Virus record (IMG/VR): IMGVR_UViG_3300033067_001939
Location: 1-32,156 of that record
DNA length: 32,156 bases
Direction: 5' to 3' (one strand)
From: a virus
Lineage: Duplodnaviria > Caudoviricetes
This document shows, piece after piece, positions 17,947 through 26,807 of this stretch. Positions within the stretch are counted from its first letter, which is position 1. The number at the start of each line of letters is the position of its first letter. Made by a program: the position numbers and the translations under genes. A model generated the notes under the pieces. It ran no database searches. It had not been told where the DNA came from and worked only from the letters and a program-made list of their open reading frames with translations.

Positions 17947-18394
17947 CGATAGGTTTTATAACTTCTAAAGGTTTCTTGTCTGATAAGTCGATTGACTGAC
18001 TAGTTTCATAACTATCCATTTCAACATTGGTTATGTCTTTCACATCGCTGAATTTGAATCCCAGTTTTTCAAGAGTCTCTGGATTCTTTATCCAACTCTT
18101 AGTCTTCACCTCAGGAATCACCAAATATACCCTATCCTCAGTTGCCGAGGATCGTGCTGCAAATTGAGCTAAAGACTTCGGTATTTCTAACACCTCTTCT
18201 GGTTTCTCAACTAAAGGATTTTCTCCGTGAGACTCCATGTTGAATGTATCCACAAAGACTGGTGGCAGGGGATACTCAATTCCATTTAATATTGATTTCA
18301 ACAAATCAATTATTTCATTGATCTTATCACCCATTTCAATTGGTGAGTATTCATTGCCATGTTCTCCGTATTGTCGAATGAGTTTATTTATCAT
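17921..18394 (-). CDS. hypothetical protein (157 aa) containing an inverted GT2-derived segment
   Basis: Overlaps both neighbours; see repeat feature. Confidence 0.7.
   Translation of the reverse strand: MINKLIRQYGEHGNEYSPIEMGDKINEIIDLLKSILNGIEYPLPPVFVDTFNMESHGENPLVEKPEEVLEIPKSLAQFAARSSATEDRVYLVIPEVKTKSWIKNPETLEKLGFKFSDVKDITNVEMDSYETSQSIDLSDKKPLEVIKPIDGIDKYNL
18237..18280. repeat. 44-bp inverted repeat, copy 2 (inside 157-aa gene)
   Basis: atgttgaatgtatccacaaagactggtggcaggggatactcaat; 18227-18249 also matches 11459-11481 directly at 21/23. Confidence 0.9.
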
Positions 18395-19157
18395 ATTCTT
18401 TTGGATTATTTTGTAAATATATTTTATTCAATCGATCAGCTTCAAGTAGGAGTGGCGATCCTGTTTCATGCGCCAAAGACTCGAGATCCTTCTGCAAACA
18501 CTTCCCTCCTGCTCCACGTCCACCCTTGTTTAGTACTTCAAGATGGTTTCGAGCAATCCACTTACGAGCATACATAGCTTCTTTAACAGTGTCGTAAAAA
18601 ATCCCTTTTCTTTCACAGTAATCATAAATTTGGTTTGCGTATACAACCTTGAGGGCATACAGGTTGTTTATTGCATATTTAATCATCTCAGCTGTCGTTA
18701 AATCGGTTGAAACGTACTCAGCACCCTTGAATCTGGCTTTGAGAAGCCCCATTACTGAATTGTGAGCTTTGATGTCATTCGATCCTACAACGATAAGATC
18801 AGGCCACTCACTGTCTTGCTTCCAGGTGTCCTCTGAAAGAAACTCAGGCATATGAACTATGTTTGCTTCATATTCTTTTGAGAGTCTCTCGCATGTTCCT
18901 GGGATAACCGTTGATCTCACCACAAAGATTGGATCATGACTCTTCATCGTCACTTCCTTGATGTACCACTCTGTAGCTGAGGTATCACACTTACCATCTA
19001 CTGTGGGAGTAGGTAAACAAAGGAATATGTACTTGAAGGTATGGAGGTCTTCGAGCTTCACATTAGCCTCACTTCGAGAATAAAAGCTCTTGATACCAAG
19101 CGCGTGCATGGTACCTTTCCCCACCATCCCTTTGCCGATTACGACTGCATCTTTCAT
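18384..19157 (-). CDS. UDP-glucose/GDP-mannose dehydrogenase family (short form)
   Basis: GKGMVG, CLPTP, RSTVIPGT, PEFL, AEMIKY..N, GAGGKCLQKD; start MKDAVV. Confidence 0.9.
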   Translation of the reverse strand: MKDAVVIGKGMVGKGTMHALGIKSFYSRSEANVKLEDLHTFKYIFLCLPTPTVDGKCDTSATEWYIKEVTMKSHDPIFVVRSTVIPGTCERLSKEYEANIVHMPEFLSEDTWKQDSEWPDLIVVGSNDIKAHNSVMGLLKARFKGAEYVSTDLTTAEMIKYAINNLYALKVVYANQIYDYCERKGIFYDTVKEAMYARKWIARNHLEVLNKGGRGAGGKCLQKDLESLAHETGSPLLLEADRLNKIYLQNNPKEYDK

Positions 19158-19170
19158 ATACAAACTATAT

Positions 19171-20508
19171 CTAAATGTATAAAAGTGGTTCAAGTTCGTT
19201 CTTGAACACAACGTCTAACCATCTGTTTTTCCTTATAAATATGTTGGTTGCTAGTTGCTCATCGTTATTTAGCTTATCAACGACCATGGCTGCCGTCTTC
19301 AGGTGATACTTCTTCTCATACTCAGGTCTTTCGTTGTCTGGAGTACCTGGAGGCCCATATTCCGTATTTGTGCGTGAATTACCTCGAATAGCCTCATCAT
19401 ACCCAGCCAATACGTCCCAATTTGACGAATACTTCCTAAAGATGTTCGTTGGTCCGAAAATGTCCCTGTAAGGAGGGAAATCTTGGTTCAAGATGAGCAA
19501 ATTCTTGGTTAGAGCAGCTTCCTGCGTGATCAAACTATAGCTTTCTGATACAGAAGGCATCAAAAACACGTTAGAAATCCTAAATAGAGCCAAAACGTCC
19601 TCGTGTGGGATGCGTACGTTCCATTCATCGGTAAATTCGCTCGTAAATGACAGTTCTTTTGGTGTTAGACCCCAGTCCTGGCCCATTTGCTTCAATTCTT
19701 CTCGGTAAGTCACCTTATCTCCACCCGTTGAGTGAAAGTCACAGATGATACAGCGGACGTCTTTATTTAGCTTCTTGACGGACGCAGCTGTCTTTATGAC
19801 GTACTCAACCTGCTTGCCCCTATCAAGACGAATAGGATAGATAAAAATGGCATCAGCAGAGAATATTTCGCGTTTGTCGATGAACCTCTTGAGAATTGGA
19901 CTCGTAACTCCATACACCTCGAAGAAATCAGAGGGGTGATGGACGATTCGCACCTCATTGTTAGTCACTCCAAAGTTCTTGGCAATCACATCTTTGGAAA
20001 TGTCGTTAAAGAACACGTATTTCGAGTTAGGGAATGGCTTTCTCACGAGCTCAAGATACTGATCAGTGAATATACCCATTAAGCTATTCAGTGTAACTGG
20101 CGGGGTTGCTGAATTGATCCAGTGAAGCCAGGTAATGTTTGGCAGCTCTGCTGCGACCTTGCGGGCTGCAAAGTTGTACTTCAGTTCAGATGGCTTGTAT
20201 ACGATGTCCTGGGTGATAACTACATCTATATCTTTCAGGTATTCTTTGAGAGCAACGTAGATTGATTCAACATCTTCTTCAAATGTTTCATCTTTTTTCA
20301 CTTCATTGTGACACGATACATTCGGAACCTTACGAAGCTCTACCTTTTCAAATATTGTTCCTGAGGGATCAAAACTATCAGACACAATGACGACTGGTTC
20401 GTAGCCATTTCTAATCAGCATTTTGATCTGATCAACTGTAACTCTGCACAAACTATAAGTAGGATCGAAATTAAAAAAGTTGGTAAAAATACAAACTTTA
20501 CTTTTCAT
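19171..20508 (-). CDS. GT-B (GT4-like) glycosyltransferase (445 aa)
   Basis: P.RLDRGKQVE, FLMPSVSESYSLITQEAA. Confidence 0.85.
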   Translation of the reverse strand: MKSKVCIFTNFFNFDPTYSLCRVTVDQIKMLIRNGYEPVVIVSDSFDPSGTIFEKVELRKVPNVSCHNEVKKDETFEEDVESIYVALKEYLKDIDVVITQDIVYKPSELKYNFAARKVAAELPNITWLHWINSATPPVTLNSLMGIFTDQYLELVRKPFPNSKYVFFNDISKDVIAKNFGVTNNEVRIVHHPSDFFEVYGVTSPILKRFIDKREIFSADAIFIYPIRLDRGKQVEYVIKTAASVKKLNKDVRCIICDFHSTGGDKVTYREELKQMGQDWGLTPKELSFTSEFTDEWNVRIPHEDVLALFRISNVFLMPSVSESYSLITQEAALTKNLLILNQDFPPYRDIFGPTNIFRKYSSNWDVLAGYDEAIRGNSRTNTEYGPPGTPDNERPEYEKKYHLKTAAMVVDKLNNDEQLATNIFIRKNRWLDVVFKNELEPLLYI

Positions 20509-20737
20509 ATATTAAAGATTTTATAACTCGTATTTGATTAAAATAATCAATTGGCTCAACCTTTAACTCCTTGTTCCAATAGGCCATAATGTGTGCTTGC
20601 AAATCCTCTGAATCAATAAATTTGAATACTGAACGTCGCGGATTTGTCTTATCTATGGATTCAATTGGGAAAGTTAGGGAGAGCGTAGTTACGAGAGCAA
20701 AATCCGAAGTGCAAAACATATTTTCATCATTTTTCAT
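20498..20737 (-). CDS. DUF5659-like small protein
   Basis: SDFAL.T.LS..FPIE.IDKTNPR...F.F...YW..EL.VEP..YFN pattern recalled from CPR-associated proteins; needs HMM check. Confidence 0.65.
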   Translation of the reverse strand: MKNDENMFCTSDFALVTTLSLTFPIESIDKTNPRRSVFKFIDSEDLQAHIMAYWNKELKVEPIDYFNQIRVIKSLIYEK

Positions 20738-20743
20738 ATAATA

Positions 20744-20772
20744 ATACTACATAAAATTTTAATGAAAGTCAA
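20744..20772 (-). promoter_or_regulatory. promoter TTGACT-17-TAGTAT, leaderless, heading the glycan cassette
   Basis: -10 ends 6 nt before the ATG at 20737. Confidence 0.65.
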
Positions 20773-20784
20773 GTGATTTTTTGG

Positions 20785-21549
20785 TTATACAATAACCTCT
20801 CCATCTATAAGTAATGAAGGATTCTTTAATCTATCCACTTTCTCTCCAAATGTTCCTGGGTCTGTGTTACCAGAAATAGGTGAAGCCCAAGGATTACCAG
20901 AGCCTCCTGCGTCACTTAATGCTTTACCCATTGTTCCTGAGGTTGTGTAGTCAGCAGCAAGTGAGTTCCAAACTTCTTGGGCTACTTGTGCTGCGGTTAG
21001 AGTCTGTGAAACATCTCCAATAGTAGCTGTCATATGTCCTATCGCATAGTTTACTGCGGTCAATGAGCCATCTGCTGTGATTGTTGATACCAAGTGTCCT
21101 AGAGCCGTCAAAGCTCCAACGACATCACCTGAGGCTGCTAGAGTTGCTGTCATTTGAGCAGCAGCATTAAGTCCTGCATCACTTATTACACCACTTGCGG
21201 TGAGCGTAGCTATTGCGTTCACAATCAGCCCCATGTTTGCGTCAGTTATCGTTGCCCCTCCTACAAGTGGACCAACCATAGCCTTTGCTCCATAGATGGT
21301 GTTAGTCATTGATGCTGCACCGCTTATAAGAACACTAGACATACCTCCAGCTTTAGGAGCAAGTATCCATGAATAAGGTGGAGTATAGCCATTAGGGAAT
21401 GAAACCTGTGAAACTATGGATGCAGACTGACTATCAGGCATATAAAATTGCATGGTAGTACCTGCTTTAAACCAGAGAGAAGGGTCTTTTGGACCTCCTA
21501 CTGCTCTCCCTGGATTTTTATTGAACTGGTTAAAGTTTCCTAGTAACAT
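20785..21549 (-). CDS. virion fibre-associated protein (Ala/Gly/Thr-rich)
   Basis: Repeating aliphatic A/G/T strands; AQEVW...GTMG..L repeated motif. Confidence 0.6.
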   Translation of the reverse strand: MLLGNFNQFNKNPGRAVGGPKDPSLWFKAGTTMQFYMPDSQSASIVSQVSFPNGYTPPYSWILAPKAGGMSSVLISGAASMTNTIYGAKAMVGPLVGGATITDANMGLIVNAIATLTASGVISDAGLNAAAQMTATLAASGDVVGALTALGHLVSTITADGSLTAVNYAIGHMTATIGDVSQTLTAAQVAQEVWNSLAADYTTSGTMGKALSDAGGSGNPWASPISGNTDPGTFGEKVDRLKNPSLLIDGEVIV

Positions 21550-21550
21550 A

Positions 21551-22720
21551 TTAGTTCCAAATGAAATCTAAGTGTCCTGACAATCCTGAATTAACAGGTG
21601 TTGCAACTCCTGACAAAATTACCCAGTAGAGTGCTGCTCCATCGTAAATACGAGGAAGGGATGGCATCTCATAAAGGAAATTGCGTTCTGCTGCCAATCC
21701 TAGAGTTGAGATTGGGAAACGAGCTATCTCCTTATAAAGAACTACTGAGTATTCGTTTGAGGTATAAGTTGCATCATTTCTAATTGAGTTAATCTGTGCA
21801 ATCCCTGTATCTCCTGCTTGAAGTGGTACTGAAAAGTTATACTTTCCTGCTGCTGTTGCTCCTGTGTGTAAGATGTGACTCTGAGTTGCTGCGGTCTTTC
21901 CAACTGGATATACCGTTGGTGTTGCACGACCTGTGTCTTGTCCGTTGGCTCTTGAATAGTCTGGAAGATACAGATTTGGTGTTCCTGCTCCCATAGCTAC
22001 TGCGTTGTTATTGTAAAAGAACGCATTTACCCCAGCTCCATTGGTATATCGTGGATAAATCGTATTCAATGTATGAGTTCCAGTTCCATCATCTGAAATT
22101 GTCAAATTAGTTCCTGCTACTGCGTTTGCATATGAGGAAGCCAACTTAATAGTCGTATCTGAGAGTTTAATCACATAGTAATCTGTTCCTGCTGAAAAAC
22201 CAGTTGGCAAAGCACCACCTGAATTGGTAAGTCTTACTCTTGTGTAGGGCATCAAATTGATGAATGAGCCAGTTAGAATCTCTGTTGCGTTTGCTGCTGT
22301 AAATGTTGAGAAAGCTGCCATCGTATTAGTTTGTGCTCTTGCTGTTGCAGTAGACATTGTGGTGATTCTGTGAAACCCAATCACATCAACTAAAACCATA
22401 GTACAAGGAGCTACTGTTGCTGCTGCTGTTACTACGGAGCCGTTTAAGAGGAACTTGTAAGAGGGTGAGACATTCCCTCCATGTTGGATTGTTCCTGCAT
22501 TTGTTGTTGTTTCGCTAACTGGTTGGAAAAGGTCATTTGTCCCAGCATTAAATATCGCATCAGGTGGCGGGTTTCCGTTCCCTCTTGCCATAAAGTGTCC
22601 CTCATTCGCTACTGCGGTTGATGAAGCTGCTGAACTAAAGTTTTTTGTCCAGTCAACTCGTTTTGTTTGACCTGCCGTTAGTGCGGTGATTATTTGGTCG
22701 TTTGATGTAAAGCCTGCCAT
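21551..22720 (-). CDS. virion structural protein, paralog B (389 aa)
   Basis: Shares NLMPYTR, LP.G.S..TDY, PRYT.G, PLQ.GDTG, LP.I.D.A.L with 22742..23878. Confidence 0.7.
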   Translation of the reverse strand: MAGFTSNDQIITALTAGQTKRVDWTKNFSSAASSTAVANEGHFMARGNGNPPPDAIFNAGTNDLFQPVSETTTNAGTIQHGGNVSPSYKFLLNGSVVTAAATVAPCTMVLVDVIGFHRITTMSTATARAQTNTMAAFSTFTAANATEILTGSFINLMPYTRVRLTNSGGALPTGFSAGTDYYVIKLSDTTIKLASSYANAVAGTNLTISDDGTGTHTLNTIYPRYTNGAGVNAFFYNNNAVAMGAGTPNLYLPDYSRANGQDTGRATPTVYPVGKTAATQSHILHTGATAAGKYNFSVPLQAGDTGIAQINSIRNDATYTSNEYSVVLYKEIARFPISTLGLAAERNFLYEMPSLPRIYDGAALYWVILSGVATPVNSGLSGHLDFIWN

Positions 22721-22741
22721 AAGTATAAATATAAAAAATAA

Positions 22742-23878
22742 CTAACCCCAGATTACCTTGAGTGACCCGATGAGGCCGGTTGCAGCCAGCGAGCCAACTG
22801 GTAAACAAATGAGATTTAAAAATGCGTCGTCCTTTATCTCTGGTAGTTTCCCGCCGGATATAAAGAAGTCTTTTTCATAGGGTGCTGTGATTTCTTTTAG
22901 TTCGGTTTCTGCTAGGGGTCTAACCAGAATGAGTGAGACTAGTCCAACGTCGCCGGTTATCATGTTTACCGACTCGATGCTTTGCACGCCGGTATCTCCT
23001 TGTTGTAGGGGAATGAACTCACAGTATTGAGCTGTTCCTGGGTTTGCTGCTGGATGAGAGGTTACGATTGCTCCAAGGGTTGTTTGTGAGTTTTCCATTA
23101 CGGTCTGCGATACACGACCAACTACTCCATCTTGGTTCGTATAGGTTACATTAAAAGTAAATCCTCCCGTTCTTGAGGCTACTGATACTGGTAGGATTTG
23201 AACATTCTTTCCATCTGTATATCTAGGGAGAATCGTTTTGAGTGAGTGAGTACCACTTCCACTATCGGTTATTGTTACTGGGATATTAGCGAGGGCGTCT
23301 GCTCTGGAAGCTGCAAGCCTACAAGTAGTATCACCTTCACTATTTATTGACCAATAATCGGTACTTGGTGAGAGTCCTGCTGGAAGTGTACCAGTTGATG
23401 ATACCTGACATCTTGTATAGGGCATGAGGTTATTTGTCGTGAGAGTAAGTTCATTACTCTGATACGCTGGAGGAGTTGGAGTGGTAAAAGTTGATAGTGT
23501 ATTAAAGTTATTTGTTAAATCTTGTTGTCCTACAATAGAATCATCTACTGATGGGTAGTAGAGTAAGTAGTCTAGGAGTTTGAAACTTGCTGGGAGAGCT
23601 GTTGATGTTGAGGTCATTAAAGTAAGCTGTCGTAAATACTTTCGTAGTGGAGTTACATTAGCTCCATGAAACAGTCCTCCATCGGTAGACTGTCGTACCT
23701 GTACTCCAATAGCTGGTGTAGCATCAAACCAGTATTTAGGGACTGGATTCCCTGGGCTTAAAGATAAGTCAAACCAATATCCTGATACAGTAACCTGTGA
23801 GGGGTTTTTACGGAACATGTTTATCCGTACTCGCCCCTCAAGTTCTGCGTTCACTATGTCGTTGGTGTCCTTAATCAC
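22742..23878 (-). CDS. virion structural protein, paralog A (378 aa)
   Basis: Same motifs as paralog B; GTG start in GTGA overlap. Confidence 0.7.
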   Translation of the reverse strand: MIKDTNDIVNAELEGRVRINMFRKNPSQVTVSGYWFDLSLSPGNPVPKYWFDATPAIGVQVRQSTDGGLFHGANVTPLRKYLRQLTLMTSTSTALPASFKLLDYLLYYPSVDDSIVGQQDLTNNFNTLSTFTTPTPPAYQSNELTLTTNNLMPYTRCQVSSTGTLPAGLSPSTDYWSINSEGDTTCRLAASRADALANIPVTITDSGSGTHSLKTILPRYTDGKNVQILPVSVASRTGGFTFNVTYTNQDGVVGRVSQTVMENSQTTLGAIVTSHPAANPGTAQYCEFIPLQQGDTGVQSIESVNMITGDVGLVSLILVRPLAETELKEITAPYEKDFFISGGKLPEIKDDAFLNLICLPVGSLAATGLIGSLKVIWG

Positions 23879-24015
23879 GCTTTAAGCCCTCCTTTCAATT
23901 CCATGTTCCCCTGCATTTGAGCGATTATAGGAGCATCACATTTACATGCCTTTATAGGAGGTGTATTTGGGACGATTATTACCGCTAACTTGCATTTGGA
24001 ACATTGGTATTTCAT
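23875..24015 (-). CDS. small Cys-rich protein (46 aa, not in ORF track)
   Basis: MKYQCSKCKLAVIIVPNTPPIKACKCDAPIIAQMQGNMELKGGLKA; TAATG and GTGA overlaps. Confidence 0.7.
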   Translation of the reverse strand: MKYQCSKCKLAVIIVPNTPPIKACKCDAPIIAQMQGNMELKGGLKA

Positions 24016-24422
24016 TAGTCAAGAGTAATTGTTAATGCACTTATGGCAAATTGTGGCTGAATACCTGTTGAAACTGATACTCCTCCACCATTTAACGCTC
24101 CACTAACAATAATCTCTGTTGACCCACTTGGCGTGATTGATACATGAGTTATTGCGTTAGTCCCACTTGTACATGTTGGGAATGATATTACAGCATCATT
24201 AGTTGTATTTGGTCCAGTAACAGTCCATCCTGCTGCACTACGAGCTACTGTCTGCAAGGCATAAGAGCCGTATGTTGCCTCATTAGCGGTTGATGCTCCT
24301 GCCTCTCCTGGGTCTGCGGTGTGCAAATGAATATCTAAATCTGTCGCAGCATCCCAAGGAAGTGCTGTTGCTGTAAAAATCTTCGCAGCTAGGTTTATCT
24401 CTGTCGCGTTTGAAAATGACAT
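24015..24422 (-). CDS. tail fibre-associated structural protein (135 aa)
   Basis: LHTADPGEAG...EA.Y..Y....V.R...W motif common in phage structural modules. Confidence 0.7.
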   Translation of the reverse strand: MSFSNATEINLAAKIFTATALPWDAATDLDIHLHTADPGEAGASTANEATYGSYALQTVARSAAGWTVTGPNTTNDAVISFPTCTSGTNAITHVSITPSGSTEIIVSGALNGGGVSVSTGIQPQFAISALTITLD

Positions 24423-24423
24423 A

Positions 24424-24570
24424 TTATTTTATGGTGATAGTATCACCTTTAATTATTAAAGACTTATCTACTAGGCTAATCCCTAATTGGGACAGCTTTT
24501 CTCTTAATAAGATAATAGTAGTAAGCAACTTACCTTCAATTCTGACCTCAATCTTTTCTTGTGTCTTCAT
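24424..24570 (-). CDS. hypothetical protein (48 aa, not in ORF track)
   Basis: MKTQEKIEVRIEGKLL...TITIK; ATGA overlap, stop 1 nt before next ATG. Confidence 0.6.
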   Translation of the reverse strand: MKTQEKIEVRIEGKLLTTIILLREKLSQLGISLVDKSLIIKGDTITIK

Positions 24571-24833
24571 ATTTCGCTCCATGCTGAAACTTGTATTACA
24601 TCCCCTCCAGCGTTGAGGGATAAGGTCTTTAGATATTGATTTGAGCCTATTATCTTAGTTATTGTTTTGGTTGAGGAAACTACTGGGTCAACGTTGGAGA
24701 GGACAAGGGAGGGATTTACTTTTGTCGAATCAGTTGGAGGTTTATCTATTACTTCCACGTATACTCTACCGTTTGGACCAACAGATCCAGTGAAAGGAAT
24801 CCACCTTTCATTGTATTGATCCCACCTATACAT
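24567..24833 (-). CDS. hypothetical protein (88 aa, MYRWDQY...)
   Basis: Internal ATG overlapping the upstream gene's end. Confidence 0.6.
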   Translation of the reverse strand: MYRWDQYNERWIPFTGSVGPNGRVYVEVIDKPPTDSTKVNPSLVLSNVDPVVSSTKTITKIIGSNQYLKTLSLNAGGDVIQVSAWSEI

Positions 24834-25128
24834 CTGTACTGTTTCTTGACCCTTGTTCTTTCCCATAAATGTTGTCAATAAACCAATTGATAGTGTCTAT
24901 TCTCTCATTCACTACGGACTTATACGCTGATACCTCGTTTGTTTTATCATTGAATCCTCCCATGACGGCTTTCAATCTTTTCAGCTCTTTCTCTAAAAAC
25001 ATTATAACAGAATCGTCTTTAGTCATATCCCTACGAATAACCAGATCTGCTGGTTTTTTCTCTATTTTTTCCACCTTTCTTATCTTAAATCTGTTCAAGA
25101 AAAGTCTCCAACGATGTTTTAGTGTCAT
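24826..25128 (-). CDS. hypothetical protein (100 aa)
   Basis: ATGA-coupled ORF. Confidence 0.6.
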   Translation of the reverse strand: MTLKHRWRLFLNRFKIRKVEKIEKKPADLVIRRDMTKDDSVIMFLEKELKRLKAVMGGFNDKTNEVSAYKSVVNERIDTINWFIDNIYGKEQGSRNSTDV

Positions 25129-25433
25129 ATTTCTTGTATTGCTAAATAAACAACAAACGATTCATCTGCGGTTGCATTGATTATGGCAAGTATATGCGGT
25201 CCCTTAACAGGAAGTGCCAGCTGCTCATTCAATTCGCCGTCAATGTCTTCTCTTCCAAATATAGATATATCATTTTCATCCTTGATATAAAAGTCAAAGC
25301 AGTTGGAATCTGTCTTTGCTTTTACAATCACCTGACGTAAAATCCCATTAAACTTTGATGTTGTAGTAATATGCCAGCCACCAGAAGAAGTATAGACATT
25401 ACTAGGTATCTCCTTATGAATTGAGATTCCCAT
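25125..25433 (-). CDS. small beta-rich putative virion protein
   Basis: Operonic position after capsid; alternating beta pattern. Confidence 0.55.
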   Translation of the reverse strand: MGISIHKEIPSNVYTSSGGWHITTTSKFNGILRQVIVKAKTDSNCFDFYIKDENDISIFGREDIDGELNEQLALPVKGPHILAIINATADESFVVYLAIQEI

Positions 25434-25435
25434 TG

Positions 25436-25726
25436 TTATGGCTCAATAACTGCTAGATACGCCGTCGATTGTGATCCTTTGTCAGAAAATTCTGCGTAAA
25501 TATCTCGCTCAAAATTTAGTGGCACATCGAAACAAACTGTTGGAGAACTCGCGGCATTATCGGCTTCAAGTGTCCACATAATAGGACCGTTTGAACCGCC
25601 ATCTCGTAGGTTTACGATACAGTCAGCGTTGACTGCATTTACCGTAAAGCAACATAGACGTGTTGGACGTCCAATTGCTGTTCCTGACTCCGTTAATCTG
25701 ATTGCTCGTGAATATAGTGCTTTCAT
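25436..25726 (-). CDS. small beta-rich putative virion protein
   Basis: L.DG....G...P..F...IY pattern of small post-capsid proteins. Confidence 0.55.
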   Translation of the reverse strand: MKALYSRAIRLTESGTAIGRPTRLCCFTVNAVNADCIVNLRDGGSNGPIMWTLEADNAASSPTVCFDVPLNFERDIYAEFSDKGSQSTAYLAVIEP

Positions 25727-25739
25727 AAAAATAAATAAA

Positions 25740-26234
25740 TCATAATGTATCTGATTTCAATCCATCTCCATACCATCCGACTCCATCCTTGTCAGTGATA
25801 GGATTGCTTTGCGTTCCTATGCCCTGAGGGATGCCATCTTCTGTGCTCATGGTCACCTTTCCTGGAGCGCCGTAGCTACCATCTGGTTTGGCTTCCTCAA
25901 TCGCTGCTCCATCTACTTCGTTTGACTTCTCATGCGTCTTAAAATGTGCCATAAATGCAATCTTTGTGTTTGTCTCAAAATCACATTGATCACACTTAAA
26001 CTTCTTTTCTTCTACTTCCTCTTTAATTTTGGTGAAATTATCTTTCTTCACCTCAACTAAAAATTCTATGTGCTTCAGCAATGCTCGTCCGACTTCATCA
26101 GGAAACTTTTTCATGGTTCCTGCTTCGAGTGCCCAACGATTATGCGACCACACAAAATTTTTAACATCAACCGTGTTTAACACCTTTGTTCCACCTGAGG
26201 TGATGAACTTAGGATTATATACTGAAATGGCCAT
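25740..26234 (-). CDS. protein with C2H2 zinc finger (164 aa)
   Basis: FKCDQCDFETNTKIAFMAHFKTH = C-x2-C-x12-H-x3-H. Confidence 0.75.
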   Translation of the reverse strand: MAISVYNPKFITSGGTKVLNTVDVKNFVWSHNRWALEAGTMKKFPDEVGRALLKHIEFLVEVKKDNFTKIKEEVEEKKFKCDQCDFETNTKIAFMAHFKTHEKSNEVDGAAIEEAKPDGSYGAPGKVTMSTEDGIPQGIGTQSNPITDKDGVGWYGDGLKSDTL

Positions 26235-26263
26235 ATGGACCTAAAAAAATAGTAAATAATCAA

Positions 26264-26527
26264 CTAGAGCGTTGTACTTGTTGAGGTACTTGTCGAGCTG
26301 GTTGATGTGCTAGTTGAGCTCGTAGAAGTCGAGGTTGAAGAGGTACTCGTACTTGTCGAGGATGTTGAGGTTGAAGTGGTCATTGCAACACAGCGCCACA
26401 GCCCACCTGCAAAAATGCAGTGTTCATTCGTTGAAGTATTTATGTACTGCTCACCTTCTGCTGGATTAGAAGGATGACTTGTTGCTGTCCTCTGTGCCGA
26501 TGTTAGTGAGTTAAAGTGTGTGGTCAT
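26264..26527 (-). CDS. Ser/Thr-tail protein 3 (87 aa)
   Basis: P.NP.EG..Y.NT.......F....W domain plus pure S/T tail ending STTL. Confidence 0.85.
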   Translation of the reverse strand: MTTHFNSLTSAQRTATSHPSNPAEGEQYINTSTNEHCIFAGGLWRCVAMTTSTSTSSTSTSTSSTSTSTSSTSTSTSSTSTSTSTTL

Positions 26528-26529
26528 GG

Positions 26530-26793
26530 TTATAAGGTTGTTGAAGTACTGGTCGTACTTGAACTGGTACTGACTGATGTACTGCTTGAGGTACTACTAC
26601 TTGTCGAGGTTGTACTTGTGCTTGTTGATGTCGTACTGGTTGTCGTATAAGGATGCTGCATCCAGGTACTATCCTTATATTGTCTCAAGACTCCTAAAGT
26701 TGTATCAAAATACCTATCTCCCTCTTTGGGAGCACTTGGAGCTGTCGCACTGACGTTTAGTTTTCCTGTTATGTTAGTTATATGTGTTGACAT
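26530..26793 (-). CDS. Ser/Thr-tail protein 2 (87 aa)
   Basis: PSAPKEGDRYFDT...W domain plus S/T tail ending STTL. Confidence 0.85.
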   Translation of the reverse strand: MSTHITNITGKLNVSATAPSAPKEGDRYFDTTLGVLRQYKDSTWMQHPYTTTSTTSTSTSTTSTSSSTSSSTSVSTSSSTTSTSTTL

Positions 26794-26807
26794 AGGTATA
26801 GTATAGC

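Noticed and set aside
11459-18292. Repeat pair as a diversity-generating retroelement TR/VR
   Set aside because: Short, inverted, mismatches not consistently at adenines, and no reverse transcriptase in the window
10874-20508. Cassette as a DNA hypermodification or host O-antigen/capsule locus
   Set aside because: No base hydroxylase, thymidylate synthase-like or other nucleotide-modifying gene, and no flippase, polymerase or membrane GT in this window; disfavoured but not excluded
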